Positions 1 through 10,182 of a stretch of DNA of 64,000 nt are shown here, piece by piece. The position numbers were made by a program, and so were the translations under genes. Origin of the DNA: an uncultured Bacteroidales bacterium (lineage in GTDB: Bacteria > Bacteroidota > Bacteroidia > Bacteroidales > UBA932); assembly GCA_900318445.1 (NCBI GenBank), contig ONKO01000005.1, forward strand, positions 31,631 through 95,630, in the 5' to 3' direction. The notes under the pieces were generated by a model. It was given only the letters and a program-made list of their open reading frames with translations, ran no database searches and was not told the origin of the DNA. How positions within the stretch are numbered: the first letter of the stretch is position 1; the number at the start of each line of letters is the position of its first letter.

Positions 1-258
1 GTCCACCCCGATATAGTTCACGCCGGGATTGCGGAGCGCCAGGGCTATGGTGTAGTCTCCCTTTCCGCAGCCCAGTTCCACCACGATGGGGTTGTCGTTG
101 GCAAACATTTCCTTTCCCCAGTTGCCCTTGATGGCGTGGTCCCGGAGGCGGAGTTCCCGGCTTCCGGGTTCCTTATCGAGGATAGCCGATGCATCCGGTT
201 GCAGCAGGCAGCGGAAGGTCTCGTTCTCGGCAAATTTCTTCAGTTTTCCGTGTCCCAT
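1..258 (-). CDS. trmB: tRNA (guanine-N7)-methyltransferase, N-terminal part (runs off window start)
   Basis: Manual translation from ATG 258: MGHGKLKKFAENETF...NPIVVELGCGKGDYTIALALRNPGVNYIGVD, with the TrmB SAM-binding motif ELGCGKG. Not in the ORF track. Confidence 0.9.
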   Translation of the reverse strand, partial: MGHGKLKKFAENETFRCLLQPDASAILDKEPGSRELRLRDHAIKGNWGKEMFANDNPIVVELGCGKGDYTIALALRNPGVNYIGVD

Positions 259-659
259 ATCTTTCTTGTAACAAGTCCCATCCCGCAGAGCCCTTCGGGG
301 CGTTCGGGGACGGTAATCTCCAGCGTCCATTCTCCCCACTGCGCCGGCACGACATCGGCCCTGTATGGCGCATAAGCCTCGTGCGAGAACTGCGTCGGGC
401 CGTCCGAGACGGGGAGATAGACGGTTTCGCGGAAGACGGAGTCGGCGGGGTCTTTCCACATCATCTCAAGCCGGACCTCGGCCGGATATGCCTTCGCGTC
501 GATGCGCGTGTAAAGGTCAAAGTCGTAGCGGGCCGTGCTGTCGGACATGTCCACGGTGAACCGGTACGGGCCGTCCCCCCGGATGAAGGCTTCGGTGGAG
601 GCAGGCCGATGGCAGGACAGCGCCAGGAAAGGCACAAGGATGAGCACCCAGCGTCTCAT
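240..659 (-). CDS. GldH-like lipoprotein
   Basis: Lipobox LALSC, 139 aa, directly downstream of a PSP1 gene (usual Bacteroidota synteny). Confidence 0.6.
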   Translation of the reverse strand: MRRWVLILVPFLALSCHRPASTEAFIRGDGPYRFTVDMSDSTARYDFDLYTRIDAKAYPAEVRLEMMWKDPADSVFRETVYLPVSDGPTQFSHEAYAPYRADVVPAQWGEWTLEITVPERPEGLCGMGLVTRKIWDTEN

Positions 660-1822
660 TACGCTTCCTTTTTCTTATTATTGTTGCCGCCACGTCCCTT
701 GGAACGGCCACGGCGGCGTTTTTTCTTCTCGGGGTCAAAGCGGTTGATGGCGTCGTCCCCCACGGCCGTGATGAATTCCGGCGCGGCCACTTCTTCCTGC
801 TTGAGCGTGGCAGGCTTCTCTCCCCGACGGTTCATGGCCTGGATTTCGCGTACCTCGGAGGCCTTCAGGGGGAAGATCTGCGCCAGCGAACCTTTTTCGT
901 AGGAGAAATAGAGGGTTTCGGCAAGGATGTCGGTCTTCACCAGCCAGGCCTGGCCGTCCTCGAAGTCCAGGGGCTCGCTCACGCGCGGGATGCGGGAGTG
1001 GGCGTCCAGGTAGGCTTCCACCTCGTAATTGAGGCAGCACTTGAGCTTGCCGCACTGGCCGGCCAGTTTCTGGGGATTCAGGGACAGGTCCTGGGTACGG
1101 GCCGCCGACGTGGTGATGCTCTTGAACTCGGTGATATAGTTGGCGCAGCAGAGCTCACGGCCACAGACACCCAGGCCGCCGATGAGGCCGGCTTCCTGGC
1201 GCGCGCCAATCTGCTTCATTTCCACGCGGATGTGGAATTCCTCGGCAAAATCCTTGATGAGCTGACGGAAGTCCACGCGGCCGTCGGCAATGTAGTAGAA
1301 GATGGCCTTGGTGCCGTCTCCCTGGAACTCCACGTCTCCGATTTTCATCTCAAGGCCCAGGTTTGCGGCCAGGACGCGGGCGCGGATCATGGTTTCCTGT
1401 TCGCGGGCAATGGCTTCCTGCCAGCGCTGGATGTCGAAGGGACGGGCTTTGCGATAAATCTTCTTGAGGTCTCCCTTCCGGGGATCTACTCCCTTGCACT
1501 TCATCTGACGGCCTACCACGGGGCCTTCGAGCGTCACAATGCCCAGGTCGTGGCCGCTGGAGGCTTCCACAACCACCAGGTCTCCGGTCTTGATGCTCTG
1601 GCCGCTGCCGTTGACGTAGAATCCTTTGCGGGTGTTCTTGAAGCGGACCTCGTAGTAGTCGTTAAACTGCTCCTGGGCAATGCCCTTCAGCGTATCGTAT
1701 ACCTCCAGTTTGCAGCAACCCTGCCTGTAGCGGATATCCTGCTCCCCGGTAGCCTCATCGGTCGCGATGGAACAGCCGCGGAAACAGTCAAACTGGATGG
1801 TTTCGTTGGAATAATCGGTCAT
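659..1822 (-). CDS. PSP1/RicT(YaaT)-family protein
   Basis: Motifs RVDFRQL, EMKQIGARQEAGLIGGLGVCGRELCC, KLAGQCGKLKCCLNYE. Confidence 0.9.
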   Translation of the reverse strand: MTDYSNETIQFDCFRGCSIATDEATGEQDIRYRQGCCKLEVYDTLKGIAQEQFNDYYEVRFKNTRKGFYVNGSGQSIKTGDLVVVEASSGHDLGIVTLEGPVVGRQMKCKGVDPRKGDLKKIYRKARPFDIQRWQEAIAREQETMIRARVLAANLGLEMKIGDVEFQGDGTKAIFYYIADGRVDFRQLIKDFAEEFHIRVEMKQIGARQEAGLIGGLGVCGRELCCANYITEFKSITTSAARTQDLSLNPQKLAGQCGKLKCCLNYEVEAYLDAHSRIPRVSEPLDFEDGQAWLVKTDILAETLYFSYEKGSLAQIFPLKASEVREIQAMNRRGEKPATLKQEEVAAPEFITAVGDDAINRFDPEKKKRRRGRSKGRGGNNNKKKEA

Positions 1823-2802
1823 ACGTTTTGAATGGTATATAATTGATTCACCATGTCGGTGAAGAGGATTTTCTGGTTTACGTTTCGCTCGACAAGGAGG
1901 AGGGAACGGTCCATGACGGCGAGGGCCCGCCGGGCGAAGGTGGGCTTCAGGCTCCGGGCCATGCGGGCGTAATAGTCCTCAGTCCCTTCCGGGATGCGGG
2001 CCAGCTGTGGCATTTTCTGAAGGAGGAAAATGCGGCGGAGGTCTTCTCCGGCCAGCTTGCAGAAGTTTTTCTGCTGCTCCCTCACTTTGAGATCCGACAC
2101 GGCTTCCCCGGTTTCGAGGGCCTTGAGGAAATCCCGGGCGACGATGGCGTCAAGGATGTCGTGGAAAAGGTCCTGGAGGGCGGCGACGCCGGCGGCTTCG
2201 CGGGCGTGGACCTCAGCTTCGGCTTCCAGGCTCAGGGGCTGGATGCGCATGTGCAGGCAGCGGGAAGAGATGGTGACGAGCACTTTCTCCGGGGCCTGCG
2301 TAATGAAGATGAAGAGGGTTTTCTCCGGCGGTTCCTCCACCATCTTGAGGAGTGCGTTGGCCGCCTGTACGTTCATTTTCTCGGGGAGGTAGACAACAAC
2401 CGTGCGGTAGCCGCCTTCCACGGCCGAGAGCGACAGGCGTTCCAGGATGCTGCGGGCCTCGTTCACGGAGATATTGCTCTGCTTTCCTTCGATGCCAATG
2501 GCGGCATAGAGCTCATTTTCATAGAAATAGGGATTGGAAAGGAGCAGTTCCCGGAACGGGGCTATATATTGGAGAGACACCGGTTTGTCGGAGCCGGCCA
2601 CGGGAAATACGAAATGGATGTCGGGGTGAATGAGCTTCTCCACGCGGGGGTTGCCGCCGTAAAGCTCATTCAGGAAGTTCATGACGATGGGGAATGCGCC
2701 GCCGCCATCCTCCTGGTTAAGGAGCATGGCGTGCGGGATGTGGCCGCTCTCCACCATGCGGTGAAGGGCGCTTACGACTTCCTCATTGCCAAATACGCGC
2801 AT
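1819..2802 (-). CDS. holB: DNA polymerase III delta' subunit
   Basis: HPDIHFVFP, EKMNVQAANALLKMVEEPP, TISSRC clamp-loader motifs. Confidence 0.85.
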   Translation of the reverse strand: MRVFGNEEVVSALHRMVESGHIPHAMLLNQEDGGGAFPIVMNFLNELYGGNPRVEKLIHPDIHFVFPVAGSDKPVSLQYIAPFRELLLSNPYFYENELYAAIGIEGKQSNISVNEARSILERLSLSAVEGGYRTVVVYLPEKMNVQAANALLKMVEEPPEKTLFIFITQAPEKVLVTISSRCLHMRIQPLSLEAEAEVHAREAAGVAALQDLFHDILDAIVARDFLKALETGEAVSDLKVREQQKNFCKLAGEDLRRIFLLQKMPQLARIPEGTEDYYARMARSLKPTFARRALAVMDRSLLLVERNVNQKILFTDMVNQLYTIQNV

Positions 2803-2803
2803 A

Positions 2804-3787
2804 CTATTTCTTTCTTCGGCCTACAAATTCGGCTAACTTTGCAAGATACAACTTTTCTTTGGATTCCGGAAGGATTTCCAGGCAGGAAATGGCTTTTTCC
2901 GTACAGGAATCTATCACTTTGCCGGCTTTTTCCACTCCATCGCACTCCTTGACAAAGGCGGTGACATCGGCTATATATTCCGGATGATCCGGGATATTCT
3001 TCACTTTTTCGCGGATGGCCTTCTGCGTAGCGGCATCGGCTCCGTCCAGCGCGCACAGGAGCGGCTGCGTTATTTTCTGTTCTTTGAGATCGATGCCCAC
3101 GGGCTTGCCGATGGAAGAAGCATCTTCCTCATAGTCAAAGATATCGTCCTTGATCTGGAAGGCAAGGCCCAGGTTGAGGGCGAAGTCTCCCATGGCGCGC
3201 ACAGTAGGTTCGGGGGCACCTACCGAGAGGGCTGCCGACATGGACGCGCTTTCGAACAGGGAGGCGGTTTTCCCGTAGATGATGCGCATATAATCGGCCT
3301 GGGTGGTATCGGCCGATGCCGCCTTCTGCATCTGGAGAAGTTCTCCCTCCGTGAGATGGCCGATGGTCTGGGCGAAGAGGCGAAGGACGCGGTCGGCTTC
3401 CCGGCGGGCGCCGAGGACGAGCCGCAGGCACTTGGCCAGCCAGTAGTCGCCGATGAGAACGGCGGCGCTGCCTCCGAGAAGGGAGGCTACCGTGGGAAGG
3501 CCGCGGCGCTCGGTGGCGCCGTCCACGACGTCGTCGTGCAGGAGGGTGGCGTTATGCAGGAGCTCGGTGGCAGCGGCATAGCGATAGGTGTCTTCGGGCG
3601 GGGGCGTGGCAATGCCGGCGGCCTGGGCCACCAGAAGGGCCAGCATGGGCCGCATCATCTTGCCCGGATGTTCCCGGAGGCTGCGGTTGGTGCTGTCCAG
3701 GAGCTGGATATCGCTCTGGAGCGCCGCGTTGATGAAATTGTTCACCAGCTCCAGGCCGGGCTGCAGGTAAGTTTTTATTTCCTCCAT
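2804..3787 (-). CDS. polyprenyl diphosphate synthase
   Basis: GKMMRP, LLHDDVVD...RRG, FQIKDDIFD aspartate-rich motifs. Confidence 0.92.
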   Translation of the reverse strand: MEEIKTYLQPGLELVNNFINAALQSDIQLLDSTNRSLREHPGKMMRPMLALLVAQAAGIATPPPEDTYRYAAATELLHNATLLHDDVVDGATERRGLPTVASLLGGSAAVLIGDYWLAKCLRLVLGARREADRVLRLFAQTIGHLTEGELLQMQKAASADTTQADYMRIIYGKTASLFESASMSAALSVGAPEPTVRAMGDFALNLGLAFQIKDDIFDYEEDASSIGKPVGIDLKEQKITQPLLCALDGADAATQKAIREKVKNIPDHPEYIADVTAFVKECDGVEKAGKVIDSCTEKAISCLEILPESKEKLYLAKLAEFVGRRKK

Positions 3788-3863
3788 TATGAAAAGATGC
3801 AGCGCGCGAACTCTGTTGCTTCACGCGCTGCCTGTTTTGTGCATTTTGTCAGTAACTGCCTTA

Positions 3864-4424
3864 TTAAAAGAAGATACCGGCAGTAATCTTGATACCCTGG
3901 TAGTTGGTGTCCTTGAGGGCGTTGGTAACCTGCTCACCGGAAGCATTGGCCAGGGCGCCCAGGTTCTTGAACCACTCTACACGGAGCTGAAGGTGCTTGA
4001 TAACGTCTACACCAACACCTACGCCAAAGCCCCATTCCAACTTGTTGGTCACATCCTTTACGGCAGCTTCGTTACCGGTCACCTGATATCCGATGAAGGG
4101 CTCGGCCACCAGGAACGGACGGGCTACAAGGAGGTCAAGACCTACCTGAAGGCCGGCAGAGGCTTCCACGTAGCCGGATTTGTACTGCACGTTATCGATG
4201 GTGGTACCCTTCATGTTGTAGGTGAGGGAAGGCTGGAGAGCCAGGGCGCCGAAATTGATCTTGTAGGCAACACCGGCATGCCAGAGACTGGCGCTGGTTA
4301 CTTCCTTGGCGGCATCGGAAAGCTTTGTGGTAGAGGAGGTGTAACCTCCCACGATGCCGAACTGTGCGTGGGCCATGGTCACGGAAGCCAGGGCCACGAC
4401 GATAACGGTTAAAAGTTTTTTCAT
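3864..4424 (-). CDS. small outer-membrane beta-barrel protein
   Basis: Signal peptide (AHA-Q), alternating beta-strands, C-terminal aromatic residues (GIFF). Confidence 0.75.
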   Translation of the reverse strand: MKKLLTVIVVALASVTMAHAQFGIVGGYTSSTTKLSDAAKEVTSASLWHAGVAYKINFGALALQPSLTYNMKGTTIDNVQYKSGYVEASAGLQVGLDLLVARPFLVAEPFIGYQVTGNEAAVKDVTNKLEWGFGVGVGVDVIKHLQLRVEWFKNLGALANASGEQVTNALKDTNYQGIKITAGIFF

Positions 4425-4435
4425 ACTGTTAAATA

Positions 4436-4750
4436 TTACAGGTTTGCATTGATTTTATCAACCAGGGCGTTCTTGGGCATGGCACCCACCGTCTTGTCCA
4501 CAATCTGGCCGTTCTTGAAGAACAGCAGCGTGGGAATGCTCATAATGCGGTACTGGGCGGCCACTTCGTCGGCGTCGTCCACATTCACTTTCACGACTTC
4601 CATCTTGCCGGCCATTTCTTCTTCGACCTCGTCCAGGATGGGAGACAGCATGCGGCACGGACCGCACCAGGTGGCCCAGAAGTCCACCACAACCAGCTTC
4701 TCGCTCTGGAGAAGCTCAGCAAAATTATTGTTTGTTGCTACTTTTGCCAT
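4436..4750 (-). CDS. trxA: thioredoxin
   Basis: VDFWATWCGPC active site. Confidence 0.95.
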   Translation of the reverse strand: MAKVATNNNFAELLQSEKLVVVDFWATWCGPCRMLSPILDEVEEEMAGKMEVVKVNVDDADEVAAQYRIMSIPTLLFFKNGQIVDKTVGAMPKNALVDKINANL

Positions 4751-4900
4751 TGTCTTTCATTTTAATGGTTAATAACGTACAAATATAAGTATTTTTTCCA
4801 AAACAATTCCCCTACGCCGCCGTTAGCCCCGCCGATGCCACCTCGCCGTCGGCCCCGCTCCCCCTCGTCCCCGCTCCCCCTCGTCGGCCCAGCTCGAGCT

Positions 4901-4968
4901 CCATGCAGGCGCTGCTCCCGGCACCATACAGGCGCTGCTCCCAGCACCATACAGGCGCTGCTCCCAGC
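4901..4968. repeat. 23-bp tandem repeat x3
   Basis: CCATRCAGGCGCTGCTCCCRGCA units start at 4901, 4924 and 4947. Confidence 0.9.
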
Positions 4969-5099
4969 CGCGTTGACACATAGAATGCACAGACGGCCGA
5001 TTTGGCGTCAACGCGGCAAGAAAATCGGCCCAAAACGGCAAAATGCCGGCCGCGTTGACACGTAGAATGCACAGAACGACGATTTGGCGTCAACGCGGC
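4967..5099. repeat. REP-like hairpin doublet upstream of HUH transposase
   Basis: Two 51-bp units GCCGCGTTGAC-N29-GTCAACGCGGC (4967-5017, 5049-5099) with a 31-bp linker. Confidence 0.9.
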
Positions 5100-5340
5100 A
5101 ACGACGCCTTCCCGTCGCAACCGGACGCCGCGGTATCCCCGCCGTCCCCCGAAGCGCCATCGGCCGTCCCCGGAAGCACCGCCGCCCCCCCCGAAGCGCC
5201 ATCGGCCAGCATGGCCAAAAAAGTTATTTTTCTGCCACATTACCGGCTAAAACAGAAAAACTTCGCCGAAAATCGGCTAAAACATCGCTTTCTTTTAGCC
5301 GATTGTTGAATGCGGGAGCAGGATTCACTATGTTTGGAAC

Positions 5341-6258
5341 ATGAAAGAGTCCTATCATATTTGCTTTACCTCGCACCAGGAGGTCCTGTTCCGTGACGAG
5401 GAAGACCACGGCATGATGCTGAACCTGATGGCACTGCGTGCCTATTCCTCTGATACCGAAATCCTCGTGGAGGCAGAGATGTCCACACACGTGCATCAGA
5501 ACGTGTTTTCCGGCAGGCCCATGGAGTACGCCGCCGCTCTCCGCATGTCGTATACCAAGTACTTCAACCAGAAATATGGCCGTACGGGACGGTTTGGGGA
5601 GAAATACACCTACCTCCTGAAGGTCGAAGGATTCAACCACCAGATGGTGCTTGAGAGTTATATCCTTCGAAACGGGCTGCATCACCAGGCTGCTGCAACG
5701 GCCCTTGGCTACAAGTACTGCACGGCACGGGAGCTGTTCGTGGAGGATATCGGCCTGTCTTCAGAGAAGGCTGCTCCCCTTTCACGAGCCGACATCGCCT
5801 CCCGCCTGCCACGCCACGCCGAATTCCCCGACGAGTTCCAGATGGGTGCCGATGGTGTCTTCCTCCGGAGCAGTTTCATGGAGATACGCCGGGCCGAGCA
5901 GTTCTACGGTTCTCCCCGCAACTACCTCTATCAGATGAACCGGCTGAGTGACGAAGACTGGACACGCAGCCAGGAGGCAGACCATACCGGAAATCCCATC
6001 ACGCTGGACATGCTGGAGCCCGGGTATGAGGGCAGCATCGATCAGCTGCTGAGGAACGAGAACGGCCGCGCATTCAGCCGGACCCGGCTGCAGGACATGG
6101 ACGTATGCAGACTGATAGACAAAGACATTCTGCCCGGCTACGGCGTCACTTCCGTGTACCAGCTCACCGGAAGCCAGAAGCAGCGCATCGCCCGGGAGCT
6201 CTACTACGAATACCACCTTCCCGAAGCCCAGATCAAGCGATGCCTGGTGCTCGGCTAA
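5341..6258 (+). mobile_element. REP-associated tyrosine transposase-like (RAYT / Y1 HUH) protein with C-terminal extension
   Basis: YHICF...LFRDEED, HUH motif MSTHVH, YTKYFNQKYGRTG, catalytic-type YILRN; flanked on both sides by palindromic repeats. Confidence 0.8.
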
Positions 6259-6409
6259 GTGGGGCGGGTGCCGCAAAGCCGTGCCGCCACTACTGCCGCC
6301 GATGCCTGGCCGCCACTGCCGCCGATGCCTGGCCGCTACTGCCGCCGCCCATTCTGCCGACGCGTGCTTCCCGGCCTTCCTCCCGGCCTTCCTCCCGGCC
6401 TTCCTTCCG

Positions 6410-6542
6410 GCCGCGTCGACACGTGGAACGCACAGAATGGCGATTTGACGTCAACGCGGCAAGGAAATCGGCCCAAAACGGCAAAATGCCGGCCGCGTTG
6501 ACACACAGAACGCACAGAATGGCGATTTCGTGTCAACGCGGC
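6410..6542. repeat. REP-like hairpin doublet downstream of HUH transposase (direct repeat of 4967-5099)
   Basis: Units 6410-6460 and 6492-6542 with the same arms and near-identical linker AAGGAAATCGGCCCAAAACGGCAAAATGCCG. Confidence 0.9.
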
Positions 6543-6545
6543 AAG

Positions 6546-6696
6546 CGTAAAGGGGGAGGCGATGCCGTGGCAGGGCCGATGCCCGCGCCGAAGCCGTAAG
6601 GGGGGAGGCAATGCCGTGACAGGGCCGATGCCCGCGCCGAAGCCGTAAGGGGGGAGGCAATGCCGTGACAGGGCCGATGCCCGCGCCGGAGCCGTA
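6546..6696. repeat. 49-bp tandem repeat x3
   Basis: CGTAARGGGGGAGGCRATGCCGTGRCAGGGCCGATGCCCGCGCCGRAGC units start at 6546, 6595 and 6644. Confidence 0.9.
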
Positions 6697-6758
6697 GAAG
6701 GGCCGGCCTATGCCAGCGCCGGAGCCGATGCCAGCGCCGCAGCAGTGCCGGCCCGGCG

Positions 6759-7052
6759 CTACAGCGCGTCCTCCACGGGGAGGGCGTAGGCGCGGAGGCC
6801 GAGGGCGCGGTTGGCGGCGTCGGTCTCGCGGAGGGCGGCCATCAGCTTGGGAGCCAGGGCGTCCTCCACAACCGTGAGGAGGGCGTGGTTCTGCGTGGGC
6901 CAGGCGTGGTTCCCGAGGTGGGGTTCACCGTCCACGGAGCCACGGCCGCCAATCTCTTCCCACACGGTGTAGCCGCGCTGGCCAAGATTCTCCAGAAGCT
7001 CCACAATCTCCTGATTGTAGGCCTGGTTGTATGCGATAAAGATTGCTTTCAT
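6759..7052 (-). CDS. PG0541-family (P-II-like) efflux-associated protein
   Basis: MKAIFIAYNQA...GRGSVDGEPHLGNHAWP; last gene of the RND operon; start moved to ATG 7052. Confidence 0.75.
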   Translation of the reverse strand: MKAIFIAYNQAYNQEIVELLENLGQRGYTVWEEIGGRGSVDGEPHLGNHAWPTQNHALLTVVEDALAPKLMAALRETDAANRALGLRAYALPVEDAL

Positions 7053-7080
7053 AGATTCTTCACTTCGTTCAGAATAACAA

Positions 7081-10000
7081 CTACCTGCGGGCAAGGCGCT
7101 TTTCGCGGCGTTTTTCGCGGTGTTCGCACAGGCCGCAGTACACCACGGGAATCAGGACCAGGGTAATGAGCGTGGAGACAGACAAGCCCCAGGCCACGGT
7201 GGTACCCAGGCCGTTCCAGAGCTCGGAACCCTCGCCGCGACCCAGTGCCATGGGCAGCATACCCAGCACGGTGGTGAGGGTGGTCATGAGGATAGGACGC
7301 AGACGGGCCTTGGCGGCCGATACGGAAGCATCACGCACGGAGTAGCCTCTCTCCTGCAGCAGGATGGTGTAGTCGATGAGCACGATACCGTTTTTCACCA
7401 CAATACCCAGGAGGATGATGATACCCACGGCCGACATCATGCCCACGGCCAGGCCGGAGGCAAGGTTTCCGAGGGCCACACCCACAAAGGCGAACGGAAT
7501 GGAGAACATGATCACAAACGGTCCCAGGAAACTTTCGAACTGGGAAGCCATCACCATGTACACCAGGATGATGATGAGGAGCGCAAGGAGAATCATGGAG
7601 CTGAACATTTCCTGCTGCTGCTCGTAGTCGCCGCCGATACCCCAGGTAAGGCCCTGCGGCAGCGGATTCTTCTCAAGGTGGGCCTGTACGAACTCCACAC
7701 CGTCGCTGAGCGTCATGCCGCTGGCCACGATACCGTTGACGGAAATGTAGCGGTCACGGTTTTTGCGCTGGATGGTGGGCGGAACCTTGGACTCCACAAT
7801 ACGGCCCAGGTCCTTCACTTTGAGGGAACGGCCCTGCGCATTGGTAATGACGATGTTCTCCATATCCTCCATGCTGGTGCGGAACTCCGGGGCATAGCGT
7901 ACACGGATGTTGTACTCCTCACCGTCTTCACGGTAGTAGGAAGCCACGGAGCCGGACATAGCGGCCGACACGGCCATGGCGGCGGTTACGGAGTTAAGTC
8001 CGTTGAGCGCCAGCTTTTCGCGGTCAAAGTCCACTTCGTACTCAGGAGTATACTGGTCACGGGACAGGATGGCCTGGGTGAAGACACCGCTTTCCATCAT
8101 GGCCATGCGAAGGTTGCGGGCGGCATTCTCGGTCTCGTTAAAGTCGTAGCCGTAGATTTCCAGCTGCACGGAGGCGCGACCGCCCATACCCATGCCTTCC
8201 GTCACGTTGAAACGGTTGAGCTCGGGGAAGAGCTTGAGGTCGGCGCGGATGACATCGGCAATCTCGGACACAGAACGCTTACGGTCTTCCATGGACCCCA
8301 CGTTGATGTTCATGGAGATAAGGTACGTACCGTTCTGCTGCATGGAGGCGAAGGCATTCTCGGAGTCGGCCTGGCCGAAGCTGTAGCTGAGAACCTCCAC
8401 CTCGGGGACATCGGCCATGATCTTCTCATAGATGCGGGCGGCGACGTCACGCGTAACATCCTGCGCCGTGCCGATGGGCAGTTCGATGGTAGCCCTCAGG
8501 CGGCCGGCGTCGGAGTTGGGGAAGAATTCCGTCTTCATGCGGGGGACGTAGACAGCCATCACGGCCACAAAAATCACCGCCGAGGCGGCCAGGATGAGCT
8601 TCTTGTGATTCATACACCAGGCAATCAGGCGCGAATAACCGGCCGATACGCCGTCCAGGAACTTGTTCACATAGCTGAACACCCATACATAGAGCTTGTT
8701 GGTGGTGGGCTTGTTGTTCATCAGGAGTGCGCACAGCATGGGAACCAGCGTAAGGGCTGCCGTTGTGGACACAATCATGATGATGGACACGATGAAGCCC
8801 AGCTGCCGGAACATGATGCCGGCCATGCCGCTCATCATGGTAAGGGGCAGGAATACGCACAGCATGGTGAGGGTAGAGGCAATAACCGAGATACCTACCT
8901 CGGCCGTACCGTGCACGGCGGCTTCCGTGGGCTTCTCTCCCCTCTCCAGGTGCGATGTCACGTTCTCCAGCACCACGATGGCATCGTCCACCACCATGCC
9001 GATGGCAATGGACAGGGCGCTCATGGAGATGATATTGAGGGTGTTCCCCGTAAAGTACAGGTACATCAGGGAAGCGAGGAGGGCGATGGGGATGGACAGC
9101 ACCACGATGAGGGTACCCTTCAGGCGGCCCAGGAACAGGAACACCACCAGCATCACCACCAGGAAGGTAATGAGGATGGTCTCCTTCAGGGAGCCGATGG
9201 TCTGGAGGATGTTGCGGGAGTTGTCCACCACCGTGGTAATCTTGATGTCGGCAGGAAGGTTTTTCTCCAGCTGCGCCAAGGAGGCCTTGACCTTGCGGAT
9301 AACTTCAACGGTGTTGTAGCCGGACTGCTTCTGGATGACAATCTGGGCGCCGCGGACGCCGCCCGTATAGGACTCCTGCGACTTTTCCTCAACGGTATCG
9401 ATAACGCGAGCCACATCCCTGAGGTAAATGGTACCGCCGTTGAAGCTGCCCAGCACCACGTCCAGGAGCTCGGAAGGATCCGAGAACTCCTTTTTGATGC
9501 GGAGGGTATAAGTATCGGAGCCGATATCAATGCTGCCTGAAGGGATGTTTCGGTTCTCGGCCGCGATAATCGAAGAAATAGCGCTGATGCTCAGGTTATA
9601 GGCTTCCAGCTTGGAAGGGTCCACATAGACCTGGATTTCACGCTTGGGCGCACCGGCTACCGACACGGTACCCACACCCGTCACGCGGGCCAGCGGAGTG
9701 GCCACACGCTCGTCCAGGATCTTGTCGAGGGCGCTCACGCTCTGGTCGGCCGTAGCCGAGAGAATGAGGATGGGGAGGTCGTCGGCGCTGAACTTGAAGA
9801 TAAAAGGAGAGGATGCGCCGTCCGGGAGCGCCTGGCTCACCATGTCCAGTTTGTCGCGGACGTCGTTGGTAGCTTCGTCGATGGGTGTTCCGTATTCGAA
9901 TTCCAGGGTGAGGACGGCAATGTTCTCACGGGAATTGGACGTAAGGTTCTTCAGGTTGGGAACACCGTTCAGGGAGTTCTCCAGCACTTTGGTGAGGTTG

Positions 10001-10182
10001 GTTTCCACGTCCTCGGCCGAAGCGCCGGGATAGGAACTCATCACCATGATGGTGTTGGATTCAATGTCCGGGAAATTGTCTACCGGGAGCTGTACCAGGG
10101 AGAACACGCCCATGATGGCGAGTGCCAGGAATACCAGCGCGGTAGTTACCGGATGCTCTACGGAAGTTCTGTAAATGCTCAT
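7081..10182 (-). CDS. RND efflux permease (AcrB family)
   Basis: 1033 aa; GMVVDDAIVVLEN, GIVVKNGIVLID, RLRPILMTTLTT. Confidence 0.95.
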   Translation of the reverse strand: MSIYRTSVEHPVTTALVFLALAIMGVFSLVQLPVDNFPDIESNTIMVMSSYPGASAEDVETNLTKVLENSLNGVPNLKNLTSNSRENIAVLTLEFEYGTPIDEATNDVRDKLDMVSQALPDGASSPFIFKFSADDLPILILSATADQSVSALDKILDERVATPLARVTGVGTVSVAGAPKREIQVYVDPSKLEAYNLSISAISSIIAAENRNIPSGSIDIGSDTYTLRIKKEFSDPSELLDVVLGSFNGGTIYLRDVARVIDTVEEKSQESYTGGVRGAQIVIQKQSGYNTVEVIRKVKASLAQLEKNLPADIKITTVVDNSRNILQTIGSLKETILITFLVVMLVVFLFLGRLKGTLIVVLSIPIALLASLMYLYFTGNTLNIISMSALSIAIGMVVDDAIVVLENVTSHLERGEKPTEAAVHGTAEVGISVIASTLTMLCVFLPLTMMSGMAGIMFRQLGFIVSIIMIVSTTAALTLVPMLCALLMNNKPTTNKLYVWVFSYVNKFLDGVSAGYSRLIAWCMNHKKLILAASAVIFVAVMAVYVPRMKTEFFPNSDAGRLRATIELPIGTAQDVTRDVAARIYEKIMADVPEVEVLSYSFGQADSENAFASMQQNGTYLISMNINVGSMEDRKRSVSEIADVIRADLKLFPELNRFNVTEGMGMGGRASVQLEIYGYDFNETENAARNLRMAMMESGVFTQAILSRDQYTPEYEVDFDREKLALNGLNSVTAAMAVSAAMSGSVASYYREDGEEYNIRVRYAPEFRTSMEDMENIVITNAQGRSLKVKDLGRIVESKVPPTIQRKNRDRYISVNGIVASGMTLSDGVEFVQAHLEKNPLPQGLTWGIGGDYEQQQEMFSSMILLALLIIILVYMVMASQFESFLGPFVIMFSIPFAFVGVALGNLASGLAVGMMSAVGIIILLGIVVKNGIVLIDYTILLQERGYSVRDASVSAAKARLRPILMTTLTTVLGMLPMALGRGEGSELWNGLGTTVAWGLSVSTLITLVLIPVVYCGLCEHREKRREKRLARR

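Noticed and set aside
240-659. GldH-like gene as evidence of gliding motility
   Set aside because: gldH next to PSP1 is common in non-gliding Bacteroidales, and no other gld genes are in the window.
4762-5344. Short ORFs in the RAYT flanks (also 6105-6660)
   Set aside because: Translations of GC-rich tandem and palindromic repeats; low complexity.
4900-6700. Repeats around the HUH gene as a CRISPR array
   Set aside because: No constant repeat with unique spacers; the linkers are themselves repeated; no cas genes.
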